Notes: generated by a model not told the origin, from the letters alone. A stretch of 64,000 nucleotides of DNA from Hydrolagus colliei (GCA_035084275.1 CM068757.1:5208001-5272000); one strand, 5' to 3'; positions 37,151 through 51,320 are shown, counted from the first letter of the stretch. Numbers and translations are program-made.

Positions 37151-38379
37151 GTTAAGCACTCCGAGACATTGCTCTGCGTGCAGGGATGCTATATAAATAG
37201 CACAAGAAATGTAAGGCATTGCTTGTGTGGGGGTGCAATGGGCAGCATTTCTTAGAGATTCCTTAATAAGGAATCCGAATTGAGAACTTAAGGTCTAATT
37301 CTGATAACTGGAAGCACATAGAGCCAAGAGCAAGATACTGCTCTGACAACCTACTTCCAGAAATACTCACAAGACGTTTGAGAGCAGTTCAGAAACATTG
37401 CAGTTTCCACCCCACTAACTCTGAATTGGATTCTTGAAGAAGCAGAGAATTCTGCCTTTGTACTTTCTATCCCAGTCCACAGAATGAATCAAGCCAGCAA
37501 TATTTAGGACATCTTGAGGGATACTGTTCTTGCACATTGCCCTAGATGGGTTGACGTTAAAGTCTGTCATCATCAGCGTGTGCAATAATGAGGACCAGAA
37601 CTCTCTGAGTATGAATAGAATGGGATAGCATGGTTTGAAGGTTTAACCTGACAGGGGATTGATTGACATGTGTTCAGCCAGATCAATTGCGGGCTGATTT
37701 GTGGAATGCATTTTGCAGGCAGTTTAATGTCATATTAACCAAACTGACTCGTTGAAGAGCAAAGCACAGAATACCTTTTATTGATTTCAAATTTTGACAA
37801 AGCGCAAGTTGTGTACACTTAGCAAACATTCAAAATGTGCTTCAGATAAGTGAAGTGATGAAATACTGAGTGTACAACATGTGTTTGGTGCTTTTGCTGA
37901 GTGAAATCAATGCACCAAAACGGAGTTGAGCACAATTCTGGCTTCAAAACCATAAACCACAAATCTATGAATGTATCAGCTCTCGAATGCAAAACTTTCA
38001 AATCTTCGATAACCCCGCGGTGACTGCCAGAACCTTTATTGGAGGAAGGTTTTTGTTTTCTGTTGCCCGTTCTGAGTGAAGTTAAAAGCACTTACATCTG
38101 AATGATGGGACACAACCCTGACAATGCTGTACACGAGTGATCGAAACAGGAACGACGGCTGGCTGTATTAGCGTCAAAACAAGTAATGGGAGGATAAGCT
38201 GAGAAATGAATCATCAGAAATAGGTGGTTGTGACAATTGCGAGAACTTGCATCAATTATTTAAACACCGATAAACGAAGCAGTGAGAAGCCAGAGGGCTG
38301 AATTCTTCCCATTATTTTAACGGGGGTGGGGAGGCGAAAACTCCAACACTGTATAATGATGGTATGTCTGAGTCCCCAT

Positions 38380-38515
38380 AATAATAATAGTAATAATAAA
38401 ATTAATAATATTAATCCTTGCATTGATATAGCGCCTTCTCATGTCTTCAAATCATCTCAAAGCTCTTCACAGAACATACTGTAAAGTGAATCGACTGAAC
38501 ATTTTGTGGGTGAAA
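38380..38515 (-). mobile_element. SINE tail fragment
   Basis: (taa)n atccttgcattgatatagcgcc...cttcacagaacatactgtaaagtgaa...tgtgggtgaaa. Confidence 0.85.
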
Positions 38516-39004
38516 TGGTTGGTGAATGGTTAGGATTACTGCGACAGGTTTCAGCTCAATAGGATGGGGCAGTTGTGTATTGCAAGAGCAGATATTTAGA
38601 ATAAAATTTACAGCCAGGGAAATGGGACATTAACCCAGCTGGAACTTGGCACGGTGATACGGTGCTGTATTTTTATTGATTACACCAAAACAATGCAGAT
38701 TGAAAGGCAAAGTCTGGTACCCGGTGGATCAGTGTCATTCTGCAGCAGGTTTACATTTGTGTGCGGTTGGTATTCACTAATGTGATGCGAAATAGCTCAC
38801 GTGTTTAACTCCATCACCACTGATTCTCCTATATTACATTATTCCAAGGAGTTTACAATGCAATGTGGCAGGGATTATTGCTCAGAATCATTTGACGATT
38901 TTGTTTGAAAACGTAATGATTTTGATAGTTCCGATATAGAGGCAATCAGATCTAAAAGCAAAATGTGCCAAAATGCAAAGTTTAATTTTCAATAATTTGT
39001 TTTT

Positions 39005-39180
39005 GCATTCCACGACTGTTGGTGGGACGCTGTAGTGCACAATTGGTTGCTGCGTTTTAGCCAGAAAATACCCAGTCAAATCCAATTGATAATATACTCT
39101 GTGAAACTCTTCGAGTCAACTCAACTACTTGATAAGGTGCAATATCAAATACCAAGATTATTATTTATTATTATCATTAT
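39005..39180 (+). mobile_element. SINE 3' half
   Basis: ccacgactgttggtgggacgctgtagtgcacaattggttgctgcg...atatcaaataccaagattatt. Confidence 0.8.
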
Positions 39181-40094
39181 AATTGGCGATAGCCACTTCC
39201 TGTCACTTCCTAACAAGCAAGAATATAATTGGTGCATTATTCTTCTGAATAAATATTACAACGTGTCCCAATTTACAGAATAAGTCTAAGGTGCAACATT
39301 TTCAAAATAGACTCTTGCATTTGTCTCACTGTAAATGTCAAATGTCAAATAAATGAGATTGGGAAGGCTGTACTTCTCCAGTATCATATAAACCCAAATA
39401 GTATTTTGCTTCTGCCAAAATACTCCTGCGATTCATTGTTCATCGAAACATTTCAGCCATTTGATTTCTCCCTCGAACCTTCGATTGTGGTGTCATTTCT
39501 TTGGGATGTTTCTGTGCAGTATCATAGAGCTTTGGTAGCTGGTGGTGGAACAATGGTAATTGTCCATTTGATGAGGTGTCTGGTTACAGTAAATTTGAAA
39601 GTCTTAAGTTAATTCCTCGCCTAGACAAGTAGAAGTGTACAATTCCCCTCTTTACAATTGACACTTTTGCTGCGCTCTCTACTCCTATTCCGAACCTAAT
39701 TAGTTTGATAAGAGCATAGGAATGTAGGAACAAATAGTCTGTTCAGCCTATTGGCCTCATTCTGTCAATCAAGTCCTGTATCAGAACCTCCCGTCTGCCA
39801 ATTGCTTGTGTATGTCTGTGTGTTGCCTAGATGTCGTTGATGGATGGGTCCCTATTAACTGGTAAATGTATGGCATAAGAGTTATTTTTATTACGTTGTT
39901 TCACATACGTGAATGATTATGTTTTATTTTGACGCATGTAAAATATTGATCTTGCAAGCACTAAAACATCACATTCGCAGGCCAGTAAATTTGCTGTCAT
40001 TTTCTTCAGACAATACAGCATTTCCGCAAAATACATTGTTCTCTGTATTCCTTGAAGTTTCTGGCAAAAACAAGCAGCAGGCGAATCAGCCACT

Positions 40095-40260
40095 AACAAT
40101 CCGTGACTTTTGGTGGGACACTGCTGTGTGCAATTTGCTGCCGCGTCTCACGCACAAATATACAGTCAATTCACTTTATAGTATATTCTGTGAAGCGCTT
40201 TGAGACGTTGGTGAGATGTGAAAATCGCTATATCAAATGCAAGGATTATTATTATTATTA
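40095..40260 (+). mobile_element. SINE 3' half
   Basis: caatccgtgacttttggtgggacactgctgtgtgcaatttgctgccgcg...tatatcaaatgcaaggattattatt. Confidence 0.9.
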
Positions 40261-41124
40261 ACATGTTCTGTGGTTTTTACAGAAGGTGAATGTTGGTCAG
40301 ATGTCCATTGTGCTGAGTCTTCTCATGGTATTACTGTACTCTATTGAGAGGTCACAGGGCTTCGGGTTTCCAAAATACATAACATTTTCCAGGCAGACAC
40401 AAGTGGGTTGAAGCTCTGCTTGTCATATTTCTGCACTGTTTATACCTGAACATTTGAGTGTATCTTGTCACCAAATGCAGCAATAACTTGCTGCCAACTG
40501 TGCAGAACAAATGGGGATCATATGGTTTGCTTCATACTAGAGCCCCTCTATTAACAGCCCTCACAGCTTTCAGTAGCACTGTAGATGGCACTCACACGGT
40601 GAAATGCAACGAGTGGTTACAGGACTGGTGCTTTGCCCGCCCCCCATAAGGTCCATTCAAAGCTCTCAGGATGATGCAAGGACAGCCTGGGAACTTTGAA
40701 CACAGCACTTGTAGCATTACCCAAAGTGCTGGTTCTGTAAGCGGGTCCTCAATAATGTTAATGTGAATGGCTGATGTTTTGTTCGGATACCTTGAAAATG
40801 ATATGGAATGGGAACTCCCAACATCAGCTTCTTGCTCATTTCAATGTCATTTTGTAGTCCCAGTTACTGACTCCATTTCTGAAACAGATCTTGAAATGGG
40901 GCAGAAACGACATTGAACGCCAAAAAGACTGGTCGTGGAACAATTTGGAGATAATTATAATAATTTTAAAAATCAGTGTTCTTTTCTGATCTGCTGTTTT
41001 CCCTTCCTTTAATTTTCTGTGTACATTATTTGATCGTACCATTTTATATTTCAGTTAAATAATCTCTTTTGATATTGTAATGGAGGAATTTGGCTTCAGT
41101 ATTTTTGTATACTGATAATAAATC

Positions 41125-41320
41125 CTGAAGGAAAAACAACAATAATTTGGTCACTCAATCCACGACTGCTTGTGAGACACTGCTGTGCGCAATTAGCTGC
41201 CGCGTTTCGCCCACAAATGTACAGTCAGTTCACGTTACAGTATATTCTGTGAAGCGCTTTGAGATGTCTAGAAGATGCAAAAACCGCTACATTAAATGCA
41301 AGGAATATTACTATTATTAT
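41125..41320 (+). mobile_element. SINE 3' half
   Basis: tttggtcactcaatccacgactgcttgtgagacactgctgtgcgcaattagctgccgcgtttcgcccac...aaatgcaagga. Confidence 0.9.
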
Positions 41321-43246
41321 CATCATCTATATATATATAGTGCCCTTCACATAATACAATGTCTGAGAGCACTTCACAGCACTACAGTGCTAAGGCAAGC
41401 CTCTAATATTTAAGAGCAGCCTCTTTTGGGTTAGTTTTTTAACCCCATTAATCTTATATATTTTTTAAAGCATGCTTTGTTTTCCCAATGCACTGACAGC
41501 TGTGATTGGAGAGATGATCAGAGACAACAAGCTGGGATGATCATGCCACTAACTATAGTTTCACCAGCCTGCTTTAGCCAATTGTAACATTGAGTTCCAT
41601 CTCCCTAAAGTCTAATTAATTTTTGATGGTGTACTTGGGCAAACATTAGAGTTTTATCCTTTCACACTATTTGTATTCAGGATCTCGGTCAGTGCAGTTA
41701 CCTTTCTTTCACCGTCCAATGTTTCCGCTGGCTTTCAGTGGTGAAATTTTTCACTAACTGTGATCGTTCAGACAAACTTCCACAGAACCACAGCTGAGTT
41801 GCTCACTGATTTGGAGTCTCTCGGGTAACCATGTTGCCAACGATTTTACAGTGAACACAAACAAGCTGAAGTATTTTAATTATAAATTTTGACAGGTAAA
41901 TAGAGGAGCGAAAGAGAGGAAAACAAAGGTGATCCTGAACAATTCGCCATTTCGAACAGAATTTTAAATGCGCATTCCATAAGAAAAGTTAAAGAATATT
42001 AAATCAATGTTTGCAACAACAAAATAATGTTCTACAGTTCCTGACATTTGCTTCTCTCTATTGTGCATATATTTCCTGAGTTTATATTCTGCCACAGAGC
42101 GCAACAGAAACACTAGATTGCAGAAACTGAATTTTGATGCGTCATTTATGGAAATTTAACCTCACTGGACATTTGCTCAGTCATATTATTTTTATCCTCG
42201 TCTATCAAGTGTTGTTTCAACCATCAGCATTTATTTGAGTTTGCCTAAAAAATACACAGTCACTTCATTTTAGCGTAAAATCCTGTGTGGCACTATCAGA
42301 CGTCTTCCCGGCGTGAAAAGCCTAATTTTCAAATTGACATGCAATGACCGGGTTATTATTACATGTAATCTGGGAAAATCCGATGCCAGAAAAGGCCATT
42401 AAAGTCTACATAGCCAATCCAAAAATCTATCCTGTTACTTGATCAATTCATTTGCCAAATAGCTTCCCAATTCCCTCTTGAAATTGCTTGTACTGGACAG
42501 CTGCTATATCAAACACAATTATTGTTACTTGCTACCCTATGTGCTCATCAGTATTTCCGAGGTGGTTCAGTCATTGGGTTGCCTTCAAAGTTTCTACTAT
42601 GAAAGAGTTGCTGGCAGCTCCGTGAGCCTCAACTTTTTAACTTTAATAAGAACGTCTTACAATTCAAGATAAATTTTGGAAAGTGTCTTCTCGAAATTAG
42701 AATCAAAAGACACTTTCCACCCCCTCCCACTCCACTATCTATCCCCCCCCCACCTCCCCCTCTCACCCCAAATAGACTGTGGTTCCTTCGAAAGAAAAGT
42801 AAGCTGGATAAAGACAGTGAAATGAAAAAAAGAATCCGCTGCCAATAGTACAAGCCCAAACGGCAGTGGTATTGCAGCAGATATTTTATAGCATGTACAG
42901 GTGAAGATTTAAATACAAATGACACAAAGGGTTTCAACAATGACCTGGACACATCAAAACAGATGATAACAGGTCATTTCTATCGATAAAAGAGATGTTC
43001 AAGTCAGAAACAGGAGATGAGGGGTGCAAAGCAGACAAAACCCATGGTAACCAGTCAGTATTGATTGAAACACAGTACCTTGTTGATTATTGTGGGAGCA
43101 GAAAGCACATATAGATTAAAGCTGACATCCTGGGATGAAGGTTATGCAGGTAAAACATGTTTCTTTCTCTTCTTTGATTTATTGCTAACCCCAAACTGTG
43201 AACACAAAGCAGGAATATCCTGTGAGGTTACCTTCTTGTGGAATTT

Positions 43247-43555
43247 GTGAAGTACTGTAGCTCAGTGTTTAAGAGCACTCGCCTTACAAGTGAGGGACCC
43301 AGGTTCAATTCCAGGCAGAGTGAAACCCTAGGCAAGTTTCCTTACTCCACATGCCTAAAAGTAATCCCTCAATTAAAAAATAAAAATTGGTCATTTCAAT
43401 CAACAACTGTTTAAGGGACACTGCTGTGCGGAATTGGCTGCCACGTTTCGCCCACAGATATACGATTAATTCTCCTTTACAGTATACTCTGTGAAGCGCT
43501 TTGAGAAGTCTAGAAGACATGAAAAACACTATATCAAATGCAAGGATTATCATTA
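43247..43555 (+). mobile_element. Full-length tRNA-derived SINE, short form
   Basis: gtagctcagtgtttaagagcactcgccttacaagtgagggacccaggttcaattcc head; ccctaggcaagtttccttactccacatgcct; Deu-like segment and tail. Confidence 0.93.
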
Positions 43556-44132
43556 AAGGATTAATTTATTTTTCATGTAAATACATGTACAGGTTTAAAA
43601 TGAAAGTTTTTATTTCTTGGATGGAAATGGTGATGTGGCTCGTGAGACATCTACGCAAACTTACTGAGGTCTTAGGTGTCCTGTGGTGTTCAGTCAGGCG
43701 ACATTTGCTGTAATGTAGTTTTTAAATGTATTGTTATTTTACGAAAATGACAACCCCATGGTACGGAAAACATGTTAGTCGATCACCAGGTGAAGGCCAG
43801 AGGAGAGATTATTGCCCTTTGCTAAGATTGCACGCAACAAGTCATTGTGTGCTGAATAATGGCATAATTGTTAATATTCCTTAGCTTAGCAAATGTAAGC
43901 TTTACATCTGCAACATACCTGTACTTAGTCAATTCCTTCTCCATTATATCCTGTGACTCTCTTTGAGATGTTCTCCCAACATAAAAGTTGCTGTATTAAA
44001 AGGAAGGATCACTATTATTATTTTTATTTTAAATGAACTATATTAGGTACATATTTCCAACTGTTTTTAATGCACTGTAATACGAACAGAACAGACACAA
44101 ACATTGTCATTTTGACTTTCTTCAGTATCAGC

Positions 44133-44256
44133 AAGGTTGGTTGAAGCCAAGACACTAGATTCATTTAAAAAGCACCTCCTCGATGTTGTGATAGTAGGAT
44201 GTGGCTGGGTGGGTTTTAACAGGAGATTAGATCCAAAACAACCTTGTGATATTGTG
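44133..44256 (+). mobile_element. Decayed CR1 ORF2 end and 3' UTR
   Basis: Translates RLVEAKTLDSFKKHLLD (CR1 VVEA.TL..FK..LD motif) and ends ttgtgatattgtga. Confidence 0.6.
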
Positions 44257-47200
44257 AATATACCTTCCCAATAATTGACTGAATCCATCTTGGAGGTTTT
44301 TATGACATACATAAAGTTTGTCATTTCCAATTTCCCTACATTGGAAAGGTAGTATCTTGTTCTGTCAGTACACCATGCGTGCTATACAGTATTCCCATTT
44401 GTGTGGCTGAGAGAAAATGTTTGTTTGCAAGTGAGTCAACAAACACTATGTAGCTTCATGTGTAAATTTTAGCTAAGGCAAATTAGGTTTAGTAGAGCTA
44501 TAAGTGGCATTGAATAAAATTGTATATTTTTTTTAAAAAAAACACAGTTGGAGGAGAGAATTGCAGTACATTCAGGCATTTTCATTGTTTGGCAAACATT
44601 TTCAACGTTGCCAAACTGTAATCTTGTTGATGAATGGACAGACAATAGGATGGTGACTGCATTCATATTGATTGGCATTGGTCCATGTTCTTTGATGGTT
44701 GGGCAGCTATATGTCCAATCAGTTTCCCTAGTGGTGTAACTGATATCAAAGTTCTTCATCAGTCAAACAAGCAGGTCCATGCATGATACCTCTGTCAGCT
44801 AAATAGAAGCTAATATGCCAAACTCCATGCTTCAGAAGAGCCCCAGCAACTGACTGCGCCAACACTAACTCAACATAGTGCAGTATTCACATATTGAATA
44901 TTAGTCCTGTTGTGGCCACTGATTTACATTGAAAATAAATGTGTAAGTGTCGACCTTTTGTACTATGCCTTATCTATTCACTAAGATGGCTATTCAATGC
45001 TTTCATTCCATCAGTCTAGGTGGATAAATGGGTCGCAAAGTTGATCAGACAAAACTCAACCTCGACACCCAGTTAGCTTGGTGCACTAATTTTGGTTAGA
45101 ATGACCGGATTCAGGTTGCTGTAATGTAACGTAATGATTGCAATACCACCCTTTGATCAGACTTTGATTGCAATAATTTAAAGTGACATTTCAAATCCCG
45201 AAGTGCCTAAACTTGGCGGATCTAGAGTCTTCATGTTGGCTGTTTGGGAAAAATTATCCACATAACACCACATTTGTCATTTCTTGTTTATTCTGGAACT
45301 CCCAAATAGTTATGGTGCAGTTGAAATAACTTGTTCACTGTGTGCTGTAGGAGCTGCCTGTACCAGATTAATCCTAAAACTTATTATTACGCACATTCAT
45401 TATTCTTTTTTTAAATCTCAGCTTTATTGCAAATCACTGGAGATTTGGAATTGTAGTAGACATTCAGATCCCCACACAACCCCTGCAAGCAGGATGTCAG
45501 AATGTCTAAAAATATTGGCCGAGATTTTTTTTCCACTGATAACCAAATCCCTGTGGCAGATGTTTTGTGCATGGATCTGATGGACCATGTGGCTTCAGCA
45601 GATTGGGGTGCCTTGAACATGTACATTCTGAAGCTGGATGACATGTGCTCCTTGACAGCACATCAAGATGTACGTTGGCAATGCAGGTGGTGCTGTAACA
45701 TTGGGACTGAGTTCCTGGGCTGGAGAGGTGGCCTGAAGTTATGATTGAGAGAAGGCATTGCTGCGTCATCTCGAGTTCTGCTCTATTTGCTCTCCTGCTT
45801 TGTGTGTAATTCTGTCTGTGTTGCTTTTGGTCAGCAGCTTTCTGTCACATTTGCAATATCCCATCACCAATGCTTAAGATTAAACTGAGAGCCTTAGGAC
45901 GTGCTCCCAACATGAAAAGCACTATATCAGTACAATTTGTGGCTGAGAGTTCCATATATGCCACCTATCTATGGAAATTTCCAGTCCAGAATGGAAAGCA
46001 CACTCTTTTCCTTCGAGGGACAGCTTGGAATTGCTCACACAAGAGTCAAGACTTGTCCAGCGTGGACTACCATATCTGTTATGGCTTTGGTCAGTGAGCA
46101 CTGTAGTTTATTCAGCTACGAGACTGTTTTTTTTTGAGGCACTTACCTGCGAGTGGTATTGATCTACAATCTTCCAATAGATTAATTTACTGCTTGTGAC
46201 ACATTTAGGCTTATTAGATTCAAACAAATCACATAATAGACTTAGTGGCAATTATGGACTGTTGCAAACTTGTCCCAAATGCCTTATATCCATTGGACCC
46301 CCAAATAGTGTCCTGTATTTTAGCTACAGTGCTGTGATCATACAGAATAACTGACACTTGGGTGCAAGTAATGAGGCTGCTTTCCAATTAGGAATGAGAT
46401 TTGGGTAAAGGGAGTATTCTTATATTCCTGGCATCTCCATCTGGTAGCTTTATTTAGTAAAAATCAACAATTTTGCTCTCTGCCTGCTGTTCTATTGTGC
46501 CCTAGGACAAAGTCTGAGGTTCCTCCACAAGTGAATGCCTGATCTTGGCTCCAACCACTAGGGAGGCCAATGAACACAGCCGCATAGTGCTTCCTCACAG
46601 GGAAAACAGATGCATCAAAGGATACTTTTAACCCAGGCCACTCTTTTTTCTGACATTACTGGAGCCTAGAAACAGCTCAGCTACTCAAAGCGATATTATA
46701 ACCACACATTGTGCGATAAGTTGCTTCCTTGCTGATTCTATATTGGGTCACAGGCCATTACCCGTCATGAAGCAATGCATATGTATAAAAGTGGAGGAAA
46801 TCTGAGTATTTTATGAGCATGCCATTTCCACCAAAATTTGACTTTTTACCCTTGAAAATGTTTTATATGATTGCAGGCTTGTCCGAGGTGCTGGATGAAT
46901 TAATACTGAACTCATTATCACACAGGATTTTTATTTCGGACTTTGGTTCCACTTATAATTCAAGTTTACAGCACCTCTCTCCCACAAATTAGCACCATGG
47001 TGTTATGTGACTTTTACAATGAGGAAGTGCTTAGTTTATTAACTGCTTTAGAACAAAATAATCATACCTCCCTTGTATAAGAGACAGAGCCACTGAGAGC
47101 TAGACTTCCAAGTGCCAAGCAATCAGAGCTATCCAATACTTGGAATCTAGCTTTTCAGGAGGATTTACCAGGTCTGACTAATTAGTGATACCAGTCAGAC

Positions 47201-47333
47201 CTGCTGAATCCTTGCGAAAGTGACTAGTGTTTATTCAAATCCTTGCCTTTGCCTTGCACCTTGAACTTGCTAAACTAGACACTGAGCTAATGCTTATAAG
47301 GTTTAATTTTACTTTTGGATGCACTGAGACAGC

Positions 47334-47553
47334 AGAACAAAAGGGCACCGTTTTCAGGTTACATCAGAGAATTTCGAGGTCGACACGAAGAAATATTTCT
47401 TTACCTGGAAAGCAATAATCGACTGGAACAGGTTGCCAGGAAGTGTAGTTGAGGCAAAAAAAAAGCTTAATTCAGTGATGGAAGCATTTTAGGGCTGGTA
47501 TTCTGCAAGGATGAAATTAAAAGGGTCTGCTTCATCCATATTGATCTTGTGAT
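47334..47553 (+). mobile_element. Old CR1 ORF2 C-terminal fragment and tail
   Basis: Translates RTKGHRFQVTSENFEVDTKKYFFTWKAIIDWNRLPGSVVEA, matching CR1 TRGH...RK.FF...WN.LP..VVEA. Confidence 0.85.
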
Positions 47554-48197
47554 AAGGATTCAGATACACCACAGATTTTACTCCGACGACACTAGAAATT
47601 ATTCTTGGGAATTGCGAGAACTATAGGTTTGAGCACGCGATCAGGGATGAGTCTTTTCTCTGGTTTTGACTGACGTGAATGACGGTATGTGTTAAATCAG
47701 AGGTGACAATAAGTTACAATTGTACTGAGAAGCTGGTGCAATATGTCTGAGAGATTTTTAAAAAAACTTGAAATCAGTACGGAAATGGGAGCAAAAGTGA
47801 ATTAGTAAGAGCTGAACATGCCACAGTTAACCTTAAATGCAAAATAAACGGTTTAAAATAATCATGACGTCGTCTGAATTTTAGTGTGCAGTCCCTTGCT
47901 ATCTGTTATGCTTGTGTGAGTGGAGTCAGAAAACCTCCAAAGAAAGATTGAAACCCCTGAACAGAAGCAGCTGATCACAGGTAATTATATCTGACATGTC
48001 TGCTCTTTGGCTCGGCTGCCGGAATAGCACAAAAGCAATTTTCCAAGATGCGGTGTCGCTTCAAATTTCAACACGGGAATATTTTGGTAATATTCCCGAC
48101 AAATATTGTCCTGCAGATTCTGTCAGCGCTTTCAGTCTCGAGCCTTAGGAGGAAATACTTTTCACTCCTAACAACGGCTGCGGGATTTAGTCATTCA

Positions 48198-48592
48198 ATG
48201 CATACGCGTATACACGCATACACTCCATGCACACTTGTGCGCTCATTGCTTGCTCCCAACGTGAAAGGCGCTCTCTCTATAAATGTAAGTTTGTTGTTTG
48301 TTTGCTCTCTACCGCATGTGTGCACATGCACTCTCTCAACCAAGCACTTGTACTCTCTCTGTCTCTCTGTGACACATACTTGTTCTCTCACACACACACA
48401 TAAACTTGCACACTCTGTGATGCATGCACACAGATGCACTCACGCGTGCTCTTTCTCTCTCCCCCCACCACTCTCCCCTCCCCACCACACACATTGCTTG
48501 TGCTTTGTCATGTGAGCTCTGTCTCACATACTCGCCTGCACACTTTCATGCGCACTCTCTCTTACACTCATACGCACGCGCATGCTCACACA
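48198..48592. repeat. CA/CT-rich degenerate microsatellite region with an embedded L2 tail (~48253-48303)
   Basis: Runs of (ca)n, (ct)n and gcac, plus ctcccaacgtgaaaggcgctctctctataaatgtaagtttgttg. Confidence 0.8.
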
Positions 48593-49865
48593 GCAGGTTG
48601 GTTAAGTTGTAACACGGGAGATATCGCAATTTGTCTACGGAGAAGAAAATTACTCATTGCAACTGGGGGGGTGACTACAGAAAACTAATCGGAAACCACG
48701 ATGCCAACCATTACCTGGAGATTTATTCATATTTGTGTTAAGGTTGTTCAAATTAATGCTTCAGGGATGGTAAGAGCTGAAATTTCTGGAAAAAAAAACG
48801 TGTTTTCCTCAGAAATCTTGTTCCACCTTTATAATCTTTTAAAGAATTGAATTTTTCACAATAATGGGAGCATAGGCCATGTTAATAATGCGTGCTAAAG
48901 GAGAATGTGAAACTCTAATCTAAGGTGATTTATGAAGGTGGTGCATAGAAATGCTATCGCAGTCCTTAAAGGATAGAATGAAATTAACCATGATAATGCA
49001 GGAACATAGATGGAAAATTTTGATGGCTTGAGGCGAACAAAAAAAAGCACATCTAACTATACCAATCGGAAAGAAGTGCACCTGTCACATTGATCAGACA
49101 GCATTCAGTGTGCTCTTTTCAGCCAGGACTAAAGGTTGTGTTCATTTGGTGGATGGTTGAAGAGTGAAAGACACAAATGGTGGTTTTGACAAGTGTTAGC
49201 TCAGTGTTAGAGAAATCCTGAAACATATCCCTCCACCTGAGAAGTGTAGATTAAAGAAAAATGATAAGTGGGTTTGATATCTTAACTCGTACCTTCTAAA
49301 CCTGCTGCTAACTCACATATTCTGATGAGCTGCATTGGCTGAAGAAACATTCGCACCAAATATTCCTTGGCTGGCGTAGACTGAGGCGCGTCGGAGCCAT
49401 TGAATGAAATGAGTGAAAACTAAAGCTTTGATTGATGATATGATCAAACATTTTCCTTGCCATTTTCCACAATTTACCATTCGACCGTGTTTGACCTTGC
49501 TCCTGTCATTTGAAGCCGTTTGTGTCACCCACTAAAGTCTGAATCATGCTGATATCATGGGCAATTTAAAACAAATAGTGGTCAGTTCACGCTACGTTCT
49601 CTGCATTGATAAATGCTGGAGCTCACTCCCCCGACTGTAATCACCTTGAGCAGGAGATTTTACCAGGAAATTGATTTACACTGACTCCGTATAAGTGCAG
49701 GTGAATCGATTAGGTTATTGCTGAAGTCTGGCCCCATAAAACACTTATAAGGGATCATTTTTAATGATATTTATAAGTCGGTCACGTGACAGTCATTTAT
49801 TCTCTTCCCTTCACTTATGCAGTACTTTCCAGCTCAGCCTATACTCCGCCACCCACACCAAGCTC

Positions 49866-50030
49866 CACATCCATCCAGTCCTCACCAAGCTCTGCTGTCT
49901 CCCTTTTTCCCAATGTATTGACTGAAAATTCTTCATCTTTGCTTACCTAGAAATCCCTTTGACCTCTAGCACCACCCTATGTCTCTGATCCTCTCCTCCC
50001 ACACTCTGCTGCTCACCCCTCTCTGCTCAG
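49866..50030 (+). mobile_element. Old decayed L2 ORF2 fragment
   Basis: HIHPVLTKLCCLPFSQCID*KFFIF and, after a frameshift, LAPPYVSDPL parallel HITPTLARLHWLPVTQRIEFKILV...LAPAYLSDLL in the younger copies. Confidence 0.65.
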
Positions 50031-50259
50031 TTAACTCTGTGGTTAGGGGCAAAGTAACAGAAGGCTTTGGCACTGCTAACGGTGTGGGGAGGATGAGAGT
50101 TCCCCATGAACCAAAGTCCAAAACTCTATCACCCTCATTAACCATTCTTTCCAACACCTCCTAATCTCCTAATTCTTAGACTATGCCTCAATAAATGACT
50201 TCTTTATTTCATGCTTTCACCCTGGGTGAAATGTGTTCAATGTTTAGACATCAAAGTGG

Positions 50260-50420
50260 TATAGAACATAAGAAGTAGGAGCAGGAGTAGGCCCCTCGAG
50301 CCTGCCCCATTTAAGAAGATCATGGCTGATCTTCTATTCTCATTCCATTTACTCGCCCTATCCCCATATGCCTGAATCCCCATAGACTTTTAAAAAAAAC
50401 TGTTGATCTCAGTCTTGAAA
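50260..50420 (-). mobile_element. CR1 LINE 3' UTR end
   Basis: agaacataagaagtaggagcaggagtaggcccctcgagcctgcccc...agatcatggctgatct is the reverse complement of the family at 16890. Confidence 0.88.
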
Positions 50421-51116
50421 AAAAAGGACTCAGATCTGTGAATTTTAATTGCTGCATGTTTGAAAGAGTAAAAGGTCAAAAAATCACATTTGACTCCTTT
50501 TTAATGATTGACGGATTACTTTTCCCACAAAGGTGCCAACAGTAAAAATGAGCTTCAAAGCATGTTAAGACAGTTTTTTTTAACTGCGAGATATCATAGC
50601 AGAACTGTGAGGGCTACAAGGATTCAAGCTTCAAATTGGAAAACAATCCATGATTAGCTAACCTCCAATTAATTCATGTATTTATTCATAGGCAAAAAGG
50701 TAAGCAAGGATTAGAATTTCTGATGTAGGAATTCTTAACCAAATTCTGAATGATGCATTCATCTATTTGTTGAGCATATATCAGTAAAGAACATTAAATG
50801 AATCTTTTGAAAGAGAAAATGATTTTCAGTGCACCCTGACAGCTTCTTTCAGTCGTTTTAATCTACGTGATGCATATATGAATAGATTTACTGAGTTTAT
50901 TATCTGCCAGAGCATATCCAAAATATATTTACCTGCATTCTCTAGACTGCATTTAAAAGCATTGCTTTGAGCTGGATGTTCCTCAGTAGAACAGTCACTT
51001 TATTTGTTATTGTAATCTTAATGAAATCTAATTTCCTTTTTCACAGCAGTGTGTACTCTTTTGTGTAAGATTGCACAGTAGCAATTTACACCCAAACTCT
51101 TAACATATGACCCAAT

Positions 51117-51320
51117 GTGGAGACCTGGAGCTCAGTGATTAGAGCTCTTGCCTTGTAAGCAAGAGACCTGGGTTCGATTCCAGTCAGGGAGAAACCTTGG
51201 GCAAGTTTCCTCACTCCACACGCCTAATAATAATCCTTCGAAAAAAAATAATTGTAGATTGGTCATTTAAATCCATGACTGTTTGTGGGACAGAGCTGTG
51301 CGCAATTGGCTAACGGCTTT
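51117..51320 (+). mobile_element. SINE short form, 3' tail missing
   Basis: agctcagtgattagagctcttgccttgtaagcaagagacctgggttcgattcc...ccttgggcaagtttcctcactccacacgcct...gctgtgcgcaattggct. Confidence 0.88.

Noticed and set aside
47900-47990. Possible exon ending at CAG/gtaatt
   Set aside because: No convincing acceptor or start codon and no recognisable peptide.
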